From the IMG/VR virus record IMGVR_UViG_3300017759_002599, positions 7,303-71,302 of that record: 64,000 nucleotides of DNA; one strand, written 5' to 3'. The notes beneath the pieces are model-generated. The model saw only the letters and a list, made by a program, of their open reading frames with translations. It was not told where the DNA came from and did not search any database. Position numbers and translations under genes: made by a program. This DNA is from a virus. Below, piece by piece: positions 1 through 9,814 of the stretch; within the stretch, counting starts at the first letter, position 1, and each line of letters starts with the position of its first letter.

Positions 1-374
1 GCGCTGATGACCCGACCCATTGCATTGACCTTCGCAAACGATTCAATATCATCTGTGCTTGGTATCTGTAGTCGGTTACCACCTGCGTCGATGTGCAGTG
101 GTTTCACTGGTGCAGTCTGTCGCAGTGTGATGTTGGTTTGCTTGCTTGCCTTGATGAACTTCAAGAACTTGTCCATCAGTGCAATGTGGATGAAGCCCTC
201 TTCCTCAATAGCCCCTGTTTCCACTGGAAACCTCTTGCGTAGGTAGTGGTTGGCATAGGCCACCTCAACCGTCAAGAACGCACCACTGCAAGCAATCCGC
301 AGGTCGTCCAAGTCCTTTGCGAAGGACATGAGGAACGACTGAAAATCATTTCTGTTCACTGTTACTTTTACCAT
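1..374 (-). CDS. Putative DNA sliding clamp (PCNA-like), 3' end outside window
   Basis: Open frame MVKVTVNRNDFQSFLMSFAKDLDDLRIACSGAFLTVEV...LMDKFLKFIKASKQTNITL from ATG 374 with GGTGA RBS; clamp-like pattern; in the same gene run as RFC. Confidence 0.55.
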   Translation of the reverse strand, partial: MVKVTVNRNDFQSFLMSFAKDLDDLRIACSGAFLTVEVAYANHYLRKRFPVETGAIEEEGFIHIALMDKFLKFIKASKQTNITLRQTAPVKPLHIDAGGNRLQIPSTDDIESFAKVNAMGRVIS

Positions 375-508
375 AAAATCACCTTATCTGTATGTGATGG
401 GGAGGGGCAGGAGGGAAGTGGAGAACCCCCCCGACGAAGCGGGATGCCCAAGGAAGGTATACCCCAATTACTTGTCAGACCCATCACACAGTGCGTATTG
501 TGTGAATA

Positions 509-1459
509 TCAAAGTTCTCCTTGATACAATTCCGGAAGGCCATACCATTCAGGCTCGCCATCAGGTCTTGTAACGAATATCTTACGTCGTTGGTCTTGTA
601 GGTTCGGGTTCGTCTTACACTTGTCGAACACTACGTAGTAGACCGTTTCAATCAATTCACCATCCGCATCAAAGACTTCTTCTTTCTCGGTCTTCAAGAT
701 GGTAGGAAGGTAGTTGTTGGTCTTCTTCTCCCAGTCAGCGACGTATCGCTTGTTAGGTCCATAGAAGTCCCTTGTTGTGACGTGCGTTTCCCAAAAGACA
801 CGTACGCCCATGCGAACAAGGTCACGAGAGAGCGAAGTCAATTGATGAAAACGAGTGTTGCGGATAGCCCATGTCGATTGCTTATCGACCTTCGCTGTAC
901 CAGCGCCGTCAGCCGCTTGAATAGCATCGCTTGCCAATCCCAAGTCCACGATACGCATGTTGTTGGTACATATCTCAAGCCATGAATCAACACCACTGAT
1001 GATGACACCCCAAATCGGTACGCCTTGTTGCACTTGATTGTAGAAGTGCTTCATCAGGTTCATGACACGCTGATGTGTGTCAGGATAGTTGTAGGCTGTA
1101 CGGTCGTTGTGACTCATCGCCCACGGATTCCATGAGATGATGTTCTCCTGTGGATGCAATGCCGATGAAAGCATACCCACACCCATGTCGAAATCAATCG
1201 AGTGAAGGACTGAACCCTCCACCTTCTTCTTGTCGTTGCGGAACGCATCGAGAATGATACCACTCTTGCCCGTTCCGTCTTCACCCCATACACCGATGAA
1301 CTGATACTTCTTCTGTTTCGCATTCACCAGTAGTGCTTGTTCTTTCTCGAAAGCCGCAAAGGGATTATCAGATGCAACAGGCTCTTGCACTGTTGCTTCT
1401 TTCTTCGCTTGTTTCACTTCTTCTTTGATGTCCTGTACTTGTTGTCCAAATCCTGCCAT
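509..1459 (-). CDS. RecA/RadA-Sak4-like P-loop ATPase
   Basis: Walker A GEDGTGKS, IDFD strand, degenerate Walker B (VIISGVD); replication gene context. Confidence 0.7.
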   Translation of the reverse strand: MAGFGQQVQDIKEEVKQAKKEATVQEPVASDNPFAAFEKEQALLVNAKQKKYQFIGVWGEDGTGKSGIILDAFRNDKKKVEGSVLHSIDFDMGVGMLSSALHPQENIISWNPWAMSHNDRTAYNYPDTHQRVMNLMKHFYNQVQQGVPIWGVIISGVDSWLEICTNNMRIVDLGLASDAIQAADGAGTAKVDKQSTWAIRNTRFHQLTSLSRDLVRMGVRVFWETHVTTRDFYGPNKRYVADWEKKTNNYLPTILKTEKEEVFDADGELIETVYYVVFDKCKTNPNLQDQRRKIFVTRPDGEPEWYGLPELYQGEL

Positions 1460-1461
1460 AT

Positions 1462-1704
1462 TTATTCCTCCTTTTCCAAGTCGCTTTCATAGATGTATGA
1501 GTATACTCCCCATATTGGATTAGCACCAGTTTCCACCCAACCAAAATCTACGTTTGGGTTATCCTTCATGTAATCATTTTGTTCACTTTCATCCCAGTGA
1601 TTCAAACAATGCCTGTAAATGTAAAAACCTCCATCTTCATCAGGTTCTTCGATGACCAGTGAGCCTAACCCGTCATGTGCAGGTAAAAGAGTACGGTCAA
1701 TCAA
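1462..1704 (-). CDS. Hypothetical protein
   Basis: Probable TTG start overlapping the upstream stop; acidic ORF. Confidence 0.5.
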   Translation of the reverse strand: MIDRTLLPAHDGLGSLVIEEPDEDGGFYIYRHCLNHWDESEQNDYMKDNPNVDFGWVETGANPIWGVYSYIYESDLEKEE

Positions 1705-3034
1705 ATTGACCAACCCCTGTGTTGCCACCAGTTGCACGTCGTCGGCTACGTCTTGGGTCAGCATAGACACCAAAGACGCTCATCTTGGGTGATACAACAC
1801 CGTTGTACTCTTTCATACCAAGACGGCCAAAGACGAGCACTGTGGAATTTTCTGCAATGTCAAACGCATCGTCGCCCCAACCTGCTTTGAACGGTGTTGT
1901 GAGTTTACCGACTGCACCTGAAATCCAACACGTCATGTCACCTGTAATGCTACTGGTGAGCGTCATGGAGTAATTGTGTCCTTCAGGGTCATACTCGCTC
2001 TCACGAGGTTCTGTGTTGAGTGTTGATACCATACCTCGTGTGAACACGAGTGGACCCCATGAACGCTTCTCGCCTCCAATCATGCCACTCTCCTTGCGGG
2101 TTTCAAATGCCTCCTCAAGTTCGTCAATGTGTACGTAGTAGTCATGACCCAAATCTTGTGATGTCCAAAACTTGGACGCATTGAGGAGAGGCTTCACGTT
2201 GTCAGCAACGAAGTCATCTGTGTATTCAATCTCAAAGGAACGGTATGTACCGAGTACATCCTTGAAGTTCTCACTCGCCTTCTCTCGTGGAGGTACGACC
2301 TGTATCTTACACGGTCGCCCAATGTCTACTTCAAGGTTTGACAACTCGTTGTTCAAGTCGATACGCCACAGTGAAACTTCACCCTGCTTGACAAACTTCT
2401 CTTCTTCATTACCGAGGAAGTAGTAGTATCGACCCATCTTCTTGTATGGTGCAGGGTCATCGTTGTACGATGTAAGGCACACCCAATCTTGGTCTACCTT
2501 GACACCGAATGGTGGATTCTCATCAGACGATGCCTCAAGTTTCTTGACACCGTTTTTCGTGTGCAATGACCAGTTTGCACCAGTCTTCTCAAACACACCA
2601 AGACGACCACTACCAATTGCTTCGTTGGGGTCTTCTTGATACAACTTGATGTTGCTTGCAAGAATGTTCGCAAGCCTATCTCGTGTACGGTCTTGTACAC
2701 CTACGAACTCACCAACCCACGTTGATAGGTTCGCATTGCTTCCACCGCTTTGCTTGCGAGTTTCAGTGAACACTTGTTCAGCCCAATCAATGAGCAGGTC
2801 TTCATCTGTTTCTTCTGTGTAGTCATCCACACCGTAATGTTCCTTGATGTAATCAAGGTACATTTGTCGTGCTTCGTCAGGCTTCTTTCCTGTACGTTCA
2901 GCAAATGCATTCATACGAACAAGGACACCTTTCGGTAGGTCGTTGCTCGTGGATTCTTGCACTTGTCCAAACCCATTCGTTTCTTCATTCATGTTTTCCA
3001 TCTCCATGTATTCGTCTTCTTCTTGCCAAGTCAT
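1697..3034 (-). CDS. Putative RPA-like single-stranded DNA-binding protein
   Basis: 445 aa; OB-fold-like C-terminal segment (VFTRGMVS...MTCWISG...STVLVFGRL...MSVFGVY); lies between RFC and the ATPase. Confidence 0.55.
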   Translation of the reverse strand: MTWQEEDEYMEMENMNEETNGFGQVQESTSNDLPKGVLVRMNAFAERTGKKPDEARQMYLDYIKEHYGVDDYTEETDEDLLIDWAEQVFTETRKQSGGSNANLSTWVGEFVGVQDRTRDRLANILASNIKLYQEDPNEAIGSGRLGVFEKTGANWSLHTKNGVKKLEASSDENPPFGVKVDQDWVCLTSYNDDPAPYKKMGRYYYFLGNEEEKFVKQGEVSLWRIDLNNELSNLEVDIGRPCKIQVVPPREKASENFKDVLGTYRSFEIEYTDDFVADNVKPLLNASKFWTSQDLGHDYYVHIDELEEAFETRKESGMIGGEKRSWGPLVFTRGMVSTLNTEPRESEYDPEGHNYSMTLTSSITGDMTCWISGAVGKLTTPFKAGWGDDAFDIAENSTVLVFGRLGMKEYNGVVSPKMSVFGVYADPRRSRRRATGGNTGVGQFD

Positions 3035-3957
3035 TGTTTCAACTCCTTCTTTAGTCGAGCAGTGAGTACGTCTACGTACGACTCATCACTACCCACAAAT
3101 TCATGTACAATCTGCATCATCTCACCCCAAACATATGTCACGGCAAACGCTGTTTCAGGCGTATTGTCGAACTGTTTGCTGATGTACTTGTGCAGTCCAT
3201 ACATGAATTGGGTACGACTACCTGCATCTCTCAATCGTTGATGCAGGGTCTTGCGAATGTTGTCGAACTTGTTCTCATCAAGTTCAGCCCACCAGTTGTC
3301 TTCGCTCTCCTGTGTCACCACATGGTCAAGCGCATCAGGTGTGCGCTTGAGGGTGGACAGGTAATTGACACTCTTTCGTAGGTCACCATCCATTCGTTCA
3401 ACGAGCGCAGGGTAATTCTTCACCCACTCACTCGGTAGGAAATCAAGTCGTGACAAATGCTTTGCACCCTCACTCGGAACAACACGGTCAAACACGTAGG
3501 TACGACATCGACTCTTGATTGCTTCGTGTATCTTCTCACCTTGATTTGCAGTGAGGATGAACACAATGCGATTGGCGTATTGCTCCATGATACCACGTAG
3601 GATTTGCTGTGCCTGTACAGTGAAACCATCAAACTCATCAAGCACGATGGGTTTCTTTTCTGTGCCTACACCACGCAAGCGACAGAACTGTTTGACCTCT
3701 TCACGGACAAAGGCGATGCCTCGTTCATCACTGGCATTTGTCCAAAGCATGTTGATTGCATTGTGTGCTTTACCGAGTATGGTACGACACATGACATTAG
3801 CCGCACTGGACTTACCTGTACCCGGTGGTCCGAGTAAGAGGACGGCTGATGGGTAATCACCACTCTCAACCCAGTGACGCATATCATCTGTGAACTCCTT
3901 GTTACCGACGATTTCATCAACGGTGACAGGGCGTAGTTGCTCATTCCAATTGTCCAT
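3031..3957 (-). CDS. rfcS: Replication factor C small subunit (clamp loader)
   Basis: WNEQLRP..VDEIVGN, GPPGTGKS, NASDERGI, IVLDEFD, AQQILR, IKSRC, GDLRK; start moved to ATG 3957, after the promoter repeat. Confidence 0.95.
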   Translation of the reverse strand: MDNWNEQLRPVTVDEIVGNKEFTDDMRHWVESGDYPSAVLLLGPPGTGKSSAANVMCRTILGKAHNAINMLWTNASDERGIAFVREEVKQFCRLRGVGTEKKPIVLDEFDGFTVQAQQILRGIMEQYANRIVFILTANQGEKIHEAIKSRCRTYVFDRVVPSEGAKHLSRLDFLPSEWVKNYPALVERMDGDLRKSVNYLSTLKRTPDALDHVVTQESEDNWWAELDENKFDNIRKTLHQRLRDAGSRTQFMYGLHKYISKQFDNTPETAFAVTYVWGEMMQIVHEFVGSDESYVDVLTARLKKELKQ

Positions 3958-3973
3958 ATTTCTCACCTTCTTT

Positions 3974-3993
3974 CTCTTTGCCAATTTATAAAG
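3974..3993 (-). promoter_or_regulatory. Early promoter repeat copy (TTTATAAAttGGCAAAGAG)
   Basis: One of 11 near-identical copies; TATA box about 27 nt upstream of the RFC ATG. Confidence 0.8.
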
Positions 3994-3997
3994 CAAA

Positions 3998-4279
3998 TCA
4001 TTTCCTTCTCTCTTTTTTTGTTTTCTTACGAAGTTCTTCATTCATGTGTTTAGCCATCTCAATAAATGAGTCAATTGATTCTGTATGAAGAACAACATAT
4101 AGTGAATTGAATTGTTCTTCCGTCAAGACATCCCATATTTTCATTTGCATAAAATTGTTGAGAGCCAAGTGTCTTGTTCTCGTATTTTTAAATTCCCTGA
4201 CATCTTCAACAGGAAGCCCAAAGACGACTGTTAGCATTTCATCAAACATTGAATAGTTGCGTAAATATAAATTCATCAT
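3998..4279 (-). CDS. Hypothetical protein
   Basis: 93-aa ORF coupled (ATGA) to the upstream gene. Confidence 0.6.
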   Translation of the reverse strand: MMNLYLRNYSMFDEMLTVVFGLPVEDVREFKNTRTRHLALNNFMQMKIWDVLTEEQFNSLYVVLHTESIDSFIEMAKHMNEELRKKTKKERRK

Positions 4280-4653
4280 TCATCCCTCACTCGGTCAAAC
4301 TCCTCCGCCCAGTCAATGAAGTCATCATAGGATGTACTGGGTACAGGATTGTTGAATGTGTATACCATTGTGTCGTAGTACCGTTGCTTAGTTAGCAGGT
4401 GAGCGTACGGCTCTATTGCGTCCAACCACTCGGTCACATCAGCGTTAGCGGTTGCAGGTAGCGGAGGTAGGCCACTCTCTTCAATCCACATCTGTACAGG
4501 CAACTCTTGGTCGCTGTCGTAGGTGATGTCGATTTTACGTTTGAGTCTGTACCCCACCCCAGTGTGTACCTTCTCGGTTGTGGTAGAGAAGCGTAGTTTC
4601 GACAGTAAAATACCAAGTCCTACGTTGGTTAGCCAGTCCTTTGTCTTACCCAT
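4276..4653 (-). CDS. Hypothetical protein
   Basis: ORF with GGTGA RBS before MGKTKDW. Confidence 0.7.
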   Translation of the reverse strand: MGKTKDWLTNVGLGILLSKLRFSTTTEKVHTGVGYRLKRKIDITYDSDQELPVQMWIEESGLPPLPATANADVTEWLDAIEPYAHLLTKQRYYDTMVYTFNNPVPSTSYDDFIDWAEEFDRVRDE

Positions 4654-5875
4654 GATTTTCACCTACCAATGTAATGTAATCGACAATTTCATCCACGTCG
4701 GACAAGCCGTATGAAGTGAAAAGTCCAGTGTATATGAAGTGCCAATTGCGTCGTGGACTCCAAGTATACTCTACTTTCACTGTTAAATTATCAGAAAGCG
4801 GTTCGGAAACCTGCCTTGCTGTGACGTTGATGTGTTGCTTACGCAATTGCTGTTCAATCTCAAACGGCAGTTCTGTCATAGCAATGATGTCAGGTACATC
4901 AACAACATCAAGCCCATCACGGAAACCGAGTGTGAACTCTATGTTGTCACCGACTCGCTTGTAATACATGAGTTGGCCTGTTAGTGATACTGTGCCACTG
5001 GTCATCAAGAAGTATTCACCATGCTCTTTGATGAGGAAACCACCCTTCGGGTAATTGTGTAAGAGTTGCAAAGACTCTTCCCACGATGTAGGAAGCGGTT
5101 CTTTGTATTTAGAAAACGGAAGTTCTATACTTTCGCTGTGAATGTAATTTGTTTGGAGTGGATTCAGCCAACACCATGTAAGCGGTACATCTGTCGGTAT
5201 GTCCATCATTAGGTCCACCATGAGTTCTTTGGCTCTATTGCGTACAGCACCTCGATGTGCCTGTATGAGTGTACTACAATCAGTGACAAACCAATACTCA
5301 CTTGATGTCTCAACAATCCCAAGTTTGTTCTTTGTATAGGGACGCAGTGGTACGAACATCTCCTCCGCCAATTTGTCCCTGCCGATACCTGTAAACACCA
5401 TCTGTATCAGCATTTCAGGATTGTAGTTGCTGATGTCCGACATGTCGAGCCTCATCTTCAACCACTTGACCATACGGTAACGCACCGAAGACCAACGGTA
5501 CTCCAATGCCCAACGCCAAAACATCTCGGCTTCGATTAAGGACATTGAACGACACAGGTCAAGCACCCAGTCCTCATCAGGTATGTTGTGTACCAACGCC
5601 ATCAGTTCATCAACGTTCAAGCCTTTGCTTTGGTCGTTGGATTCCCATGTCAAGATTTTCGATATGTGTGCATTGTCACCGACTGCATCAAGTTGTTCAA
5701 CAAAGCAACCACACTCGTTTGCAAGTTGTATCTTGACACGTCGTGCTGTCATGGGCAACCTTTCTTTGGCATCCAAGAAACGCCACACTGTAAGGGCTTC
5801 TTCCATTGACAAATCATTCGTCGTGAGATGACGTGGCATCTTTGAAACCAATGCACATAGACGCTGGAAATTCAT
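4646..5875 (-). CDS. Degenerate ATP-dependent DNA ligase homolog
   Basis: DBD-like N-terminus (LCRSMSLIEAEMFWRWAL) and OB-like C-terminus (FTLGFRDG...VKVEY...SDVDEI); no KxDG motif. Confidence 0.5.
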   Translation of the reverse strand: MNFQRLCALVSKMPRHLTTNDLSMEEALTVWRFLDAKERLPMTARRVKIQLANECGCFVEQLDAVGDNAHISKILTWESNDQSKGLNVDELMALVHNIPDEDWVLDLCRSMSLIEAEMFWRWALEYRWSSVRYRMVKWLKMRLDMSDISNYNPEMLIQMVFTGIGRDKLAEEMFVPLRPYTKNKLGIVETSSEYWFVTDCSTLIQAHRGAVRNRAKELMVDLMMDIPTDVPLTWCWLNPLQTNYIHSESIELPFSKYKEPLPTSWEESLQLLHNYPKGGFLIKEHGEYFLMTSGTVSLTGQLMYYKRVGDNIEFTLGFRDGLDVVDVPDIIAMTELPFEIEQQLRKQHINVTARQVSEPLSDNLTVKVEYTWSPRRNWHFIYTGLFTSYGLSDVDEIVDYITLVGENHG

Positions 5876-6201
5876 ACGTGTACCCCCAAGTATACCCTAT
5901 CACTATCATCAACGATGAGGTTCTCAATCCACCCCGCACCATGCTCATCATGCTTGTATAACGCACCCGTCTTATCAGAACGGACTTTCAAGAATGGTAT
6001 AGTTTCAGGGTGAAAGTTTTTGCTCACTATGAGATGACATCCTTTGTGCAACGCACTTCGTGCAATCAATGCGCTTTGACTACGCAATAGACTGTGTACT
6101 ACATCGGTGAGCGTAAAGGAAAGGCTCTCACCTGCGAGTGGTCCATCGACAAATTCCCATGTCCTATTCCGTTGTTTCCAACGGAGAAGGTATGCCTTCA
6201 T
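5872..6201 (-). CDS. Hypothetical protein
   Basis: Likely start MKAYLLRW, which minimises overlap with PC4. Confidence 0.55.
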   Translation of the reverse strand: MKAYLLRWKQRNRTWEFVDGPLAGESLSFTLTDVVHSLLRSQSALIARSALHKGCHLIVSKNFHPETIPFLKVRSDKTGALYKHDEHGAGWIENLIVDDSDRVYLGVHV

Positions 6202-6481
6202 CTTCTTCCCTCGCAATCCTTCGTTCTTCTTCTTCACTATGGGAGTCGATGTGGTCAAGTATCTCAACCAAGACTGGGAGGAGTTCTCGGATTTGATTCG
6301 GTGTGAATCGTACTCCCTCTCTTGTATGTTCATAACCATCGTCCTTCCGCTTTAGCATACGAATGTCAATCCAGTTTCGTCCTTTGAACTTAATCCATGC
6401 AGTGCGAACCTTTCCCTTTCCCGCACCCCACTTTTGGGTCTTCCCATCTTGGAGAAGATAGTCCCGTTCAAAACTGCTCAT
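6164..6481 (-). CDS. PC4/Sub1-family ssDNA-binding protein
   Basis: KVRTAWIKFKGRNWIDIR...HTREGVRFT matches the PC4 pattern; acidic tail. Confidence 0.85.
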   Translation of the reverse strand: MSSFERDYLLQDGKTQKWGAGKGKVRTAWIKFKGRNWIDIRMLKRKDDGYEHTREGVRFTPNQIRELLPVLVEILDHIDSHSEEEERRIAREEDEGIPSPLETTE

Positions 6482-7233
6482 TCTTCTTCCTCGTCCTTCT
6501 TGCGTGTTGTACGTTCAACCAACAAGCCCCACATCCACGGAGGTACTTTGCCCTCGTCGTGGTCGCTTCCTAAGACGTGATACATGTCATACACTGTGTT
6601 ACCATTCAAACTCTCTTCTGTGAAGTACCCCTTGTCGGCTCGCTCTTTCAACTCGATGCGAGTCAATGCCTTGTAGGTGTGGTTGTCTGTGTGCCATGTC
6701 ATGTACAACTCGTCACCCGCAAGCAGGTGGTAGTCTTGTGGCTCCATTGCAATATCAGCACTACATGCAGGGCATGTGATGTGTGTACGCCATAGTTCAA
6801 CTGGTGCAGTGTTCCCACTATCGAGTTGAGCATCAATAGTTTCAACGTACTCATCAGACTTTCTTTCAAGGTTAAAGTTTGCAAGTGGTTCGCCACAGTC
6901 GCACGCCCAACCTGATGCAATCGCTTGTCGTTGTTGGAACTCTTGCTCCGCAACTTGTGTCGGGTCAAGTGGTGGTACAACCATTTCAAAACCATCAGGT
7001 GTTTGAACAGTGACACCCAGTTCATTGAACAAGTCCATCACGCTATTGTGGAATGCGTGTGTTTCGGGATGGTCGTACATGGACATCAATGCCCATGTGG
7101 TTTCGTCTTGCTTATGGTACTGAACACCTGCACCCTGTGGTGACCATGTGCCACCAATGGGTATGCTGTCAATGTGTTCTCTCGCCCATACAATCAATTC
7201 TTCGTTTACTTCAAATGCTGTCATTTCATTCAC
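6478..7233 (-). CDS. Hypothetical Zn-binding protein
   Basis: 251 aa, CDC...CPAC. Confidence 0.7.
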   Translation of the reverse strand: MNEMTAFEVNEELIVWAREHIDSIPIGGTWSPQGAGVQYHKQDETTWALMSMYDHPETHAFHNSVMDLFNELGVTVQTPDGFEMVVPPLDPTQVAEQEFQQRQAIASGWACDCGEPLANFNLERKSDEYVETIDAQLDSGNTAPVELWRTHITCPACSADIAMEPQDYHLLAGDELYMTWHTDNHTYKALTRIELKERADKGYFTEESLNGNTVYDMYHVLGSDHDEGKVPPWMWGLLVERTTRKKDEEEE

Positions 7234-7453
7234 CTCTCTTTACTTTGCACACCGTGAATATCTCACAATGCTCACATGCAGTCAAAACCAAGTCGTCCCT
7301 GTCAAGCACATACACGTTAGCATTCGGTGCGTCACATACAGGGCATTCGGTTTCGTTCTTTAGTGTAACGGCCACATCGTACTTCTTACCGAAGACTTTG
7401 ATGGTTGCCGTTTCAAGACAATCGTGATTGTCCATCCGTACCTGTATACTCAT
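7226..7453 (-). CDS. Small Zn-ribbon protein
   Basis: CPVC...CEHC. Confidence 0.65.
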   Translation of the reverse strand: MSIQVRMDNHDCLETATIKVFGKKYDVAVTLKNETECPVCDAPNANVYVLDRDDLVLTACEHCEIFTVCKVKRGE

Positions 7454-8466
7454 TGAATCACTTCCATTGCTAACTCCCAAGCAATTTTCTTCCTGCGAGC
7501 GTAAGGACCGAAGATGGCCGACTCAATACCCTTGCGACTCTTCTCACCATTGCGGAGCGTTGTAGCATGATGGTCGATGAACTCGGTGACAGCATTGTAT
7601 GCCGACCACCATGTACCACCCATGTCACCCACATTGTTCTGTGGGCTTGAGAGCAACTGCATCAACTTATTCATCTTGAGTTTTGTTTTGGTGTTCTCGG
7701 CCATCTCACCCGTTTCAGGGTCACGCTTGAGGCCAAGCACATCAATGAAGTACTCCTTGACATCATCAATCTCGTACTGAACAGTAGCCAGTTCGCTTGC
7801 TTGTACACCCCATTCGATGAACTGCTTGTTCATGACACCCAGTGCTTGGCGTACATCATCAACACGCTCACCCATTTTAGATGTGTGACGCACGTTGTAG
7901 GTGGATGCCTTACCCTGTCCAATTGCACCACTCAATGTGTTTTGACAAACGACACGGATTGGTGTAGGAAGGAACTTCACTGCACCTGTACCGTCGTGCT
8001 TGTTCGTGATAAGGAAGTATTGCTCAACTGGGTCTTGTCCATTGATGATGATGGTATCAGGCAACTTCGCCAAAATCCATACGGTTTCCCCGTTACCCAA
8101 TGCACCTGCAACTTCGATAGCCGCTTCGTGCGATTGTAGAATCTCATCCATGAATCCAAATGCATCCACGTTCTGTAGTGGTTTCCATACTCGACCTACG
8201 GCTTTGCCCCCACGAGTGAGTGGGACAAGTCCCTCCTCGCTCTCACGGAAGACACCGTATGTATCGGGTACAATTTCGATTTCATCTATTTCATTGTGGA
8301 ACTTTAACGGTAACTTTACAACTTCCCAATCAAGGTGTGCTTTCTGTAATGCTTCCGTCGTGGTCATCAGACCCTCGACAGATGTTCCCAGTCCATGCCA
8401 CGGTGTACTACCCGCCCATGCTGTCATGTATTCTCCGCTTGCTGTTTGTGCTAAATCGTGTGCCAT
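7450..8466 (-). CDS. DUF932-family phage/plasmid protein
   Basis: TPWHGLG, LDWEV, QNVDAF, AGALGNG..VW, HDGTG, TPIRVVCQNTL, VRHT, GTWWSAYNAVTEFIDH. Confidence 0.92.
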   Translation of the reverse strand: MAHDLAQTASGEYMTAWAGSTPWHGLGTSVEGLMTTTEALQKAHLDWEVVKLPLKFHNEIDEIEIVPDTYGVFRESEEGLVPLTRGGKAVGRVWKPLQNVDAFGFMDEILQSHEAAIEVAGALGNGETVWILAKLPDTIIINGQDPVEQYFLITNKHDGTGAVKFLPTPIRVVCQNTLSGAIGQGKASTYNVRHTSKMGERVDDVRQALGVMNKQFIEWGVQASELATVQYEIDDVKEYFIDVLGLKRDPETGEMAENTKTKLKMNKLMQLLSSPQNNVGDMGGTWWSAYNAVTEFIDHHATTLRNGEKSRKGIESAIFGPYARRKKIAWELAMEVIQ

Positions 8467-8468
8467 AT

Positions 8469-8675
8469 CTATTCCTCCTGTTCTGCTAATTCTGCAATCC
8501 ATTCTCGCTGTTGAGCGCAACCGACACCATACGTAATCTCGTATCGTTCGTAGAAGTCATCAGCCGCTTCCCAACCACAGGTTTCGACCATCATCTCTAC
8601 GTCGCTTCTCTCCCATTCATCCATACCTGCTTGTGCTACAAAGCACGCAAGTTGTGTCATGTTCCTGTACCCCAT
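8469..8675 (-). CDS. Hypothetical protein
   Basis: Short ORF with GGAGGA RBS in an operon. Confidence 0.55.
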   Translation of the reverse strand: MGYRNMTQLACFVAQAGMDEWERSDVEMMVETCGWEAADDFYERYEITYGVGCAQQREWIAELAEQEE

Positions 8676-8677
8676 GT

Positions 8678-8875
8678 TTAGTCCTCCTGTAGTATCTCGT
8701 AATCCACTGCGTCAAACAATGCATCATCGAATGGTTTGCCGAACAACTTGTGTACGACCCACAACTTCTCCTCAAGTTCTTCTTCGCTGTCAGCAAGTAT
8801 CTCGCCTTCGTACGTTACTTTGACCATGAATGTTTTCATCTCAAGCACCTCGTCCATATCGCAATACCATTTCAT
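8678..8875 (-). CDS. Hypothetical protein
   Basis: Short acidic ORF in an operon. Confidence 0.5.
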   Translation of the reverse strand: MKWYCDMDEVLEMKTFMVKVTYEGEILADSEEELEEKLWVVHKLFGKPFDDALFDAVDYEILQED

Positions 8876-9356
8876 ACAGTGCGGGATGTGTTTTACGTAG
8901 AGTTATGAGTGGTGTGTGATAAATCAAATCATCAAACACACTCATCAAGTCATCTCGTTGTACACCCATGATGAGTAGTACTTCCCCAACAGGTACTTCT
9001 TCAACCTCACCCACACGGTGTTCAGGCTTGACCGCCTCAATAACGTCGTTCACTTTGTTGTGGTCTTGCGAATATGCTTGTGCATTAACATGCGATTGAT
9101 TCCATTGCTTTGCACCTGAAATGATACGACTGTACACCATGCGTTTGCGTGATGGACACTTACGCTTAGTTGCGTAACCTTCCCCTGCCATGCTCGATAA
9201 TTGTTCGGACAAGTTCTTGAATGATACATCGGAACGCTTGGAGATGAACGGGAAGAGTTCCTCTCGTGAACACTCCGTATCTCCAAACTCTTCATGCAAT
9301 ACTCGCCAAACATAGTTGCGCTTCGTTTCTTTTGGTTGTCTTTTGTAAACTGCCAT
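8841..9356 (-). CDS. Putative winged-helix DNA-binding protein
   Basis: SREEL...SFKNLSEQLSSMAGEGYATKR wHTH-like pattern; starts after a promoter repeat. Confidence 0.5.
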   Translation of the reverse strand: MAVYKRQPKETKRNYVWRVLHEEFGDTECSREELFPFISKRSDVSFKNLSEQLSSMAGEGYATKRKCPSRKRMVYSRIISGAKQWNQSHVNAQAYSQDHNKVNDVIEAVKPEHRVGEVEEVPVGEVLLIMGVQRDDLMSVFDDLIYHTPLITLRKTHPALYEMVLRYGRGA

Positions 9357-9372
9357 TTTTCTCACCTTCTTT

Positions 9373-9392
9373 CTCTTTGCCGATTTATAAAG
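9373..9392 (-). promoter_or_regulatory. Early promoter repeat copy
   Basis: ctctttgccgatttataaag on + strand. Confidence 0.8.
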
Positions 9393-9400
9393 GAAATCGG

Positions 9401-9814
9401 TCATTCCTCCTCATAAGCAATGCGCTCATTGTTGTACACCAAACCGAAATCGTCCTGTGTAGTGTACTCATCCGTTGGTCGATGTGGTATGCCCCATTGG
9501 TACATCGTGTACCATACGTCGCTCAATGCACGAGCATACGTTGGGTCAGGGACGCTTGCTTTGAAATTGTCATAGTCAATGCAGTTAATCTGCGTGTCCG
9601 TGTATCTCTTGAACTCTTCTCTCGTGACATACATTCGATACGGATAATCCGCATCAAGGTCTATGAAGATACGGTCATCTTCAAGCGATGGATGTTCCTG
9701 TAGATACAACAAGACACAGATTAGATGCTCCTCTTTGCGAGCACGCACCAGTAGTTCATCTGTACCACGTCGCTTGACGACGCTTACCCATCCTTCATTC
9801 GTTGCTATCCACAC
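9401..9814 (-). CDS. Conserved phage-type hypothetical protein
   Basis: MWIATNEGWVSVV..LLVRAR..DADYPYR..IDYDNFK pattern recalled from phage proteins. Confidence 0.7.
   Translation of the reverse strand: MWIATNEGWVSVVKRRGTDELLVRARKEEHLICVLLYLQEHPSLEDDRIFIDLDADYPYRMYVTREEFKRYTDTQINCIDYDNFKASVPDPTYARALSDVWYTMYQWGIPHRPTDEYTTQDDFGLVYNNERIAYEEE

Noticed and set aside
385-495. tRNA gene in the structured intergenic regions
   Set aside because: No cloverleaf with a T-loop GTTCRA and D-loop pattern was seen here or at 26.5 kb; tRNAscan was not run.
3958-4041. Recurring peptide LYKSAKR/LYKLAKR at the N-termini of several track ORFs (3031, 8841, 16900, 27755)
   Set aside because: It is the promoter repeat translated by over-extended ORF calls, not a protein motif; starts were moved downstream.
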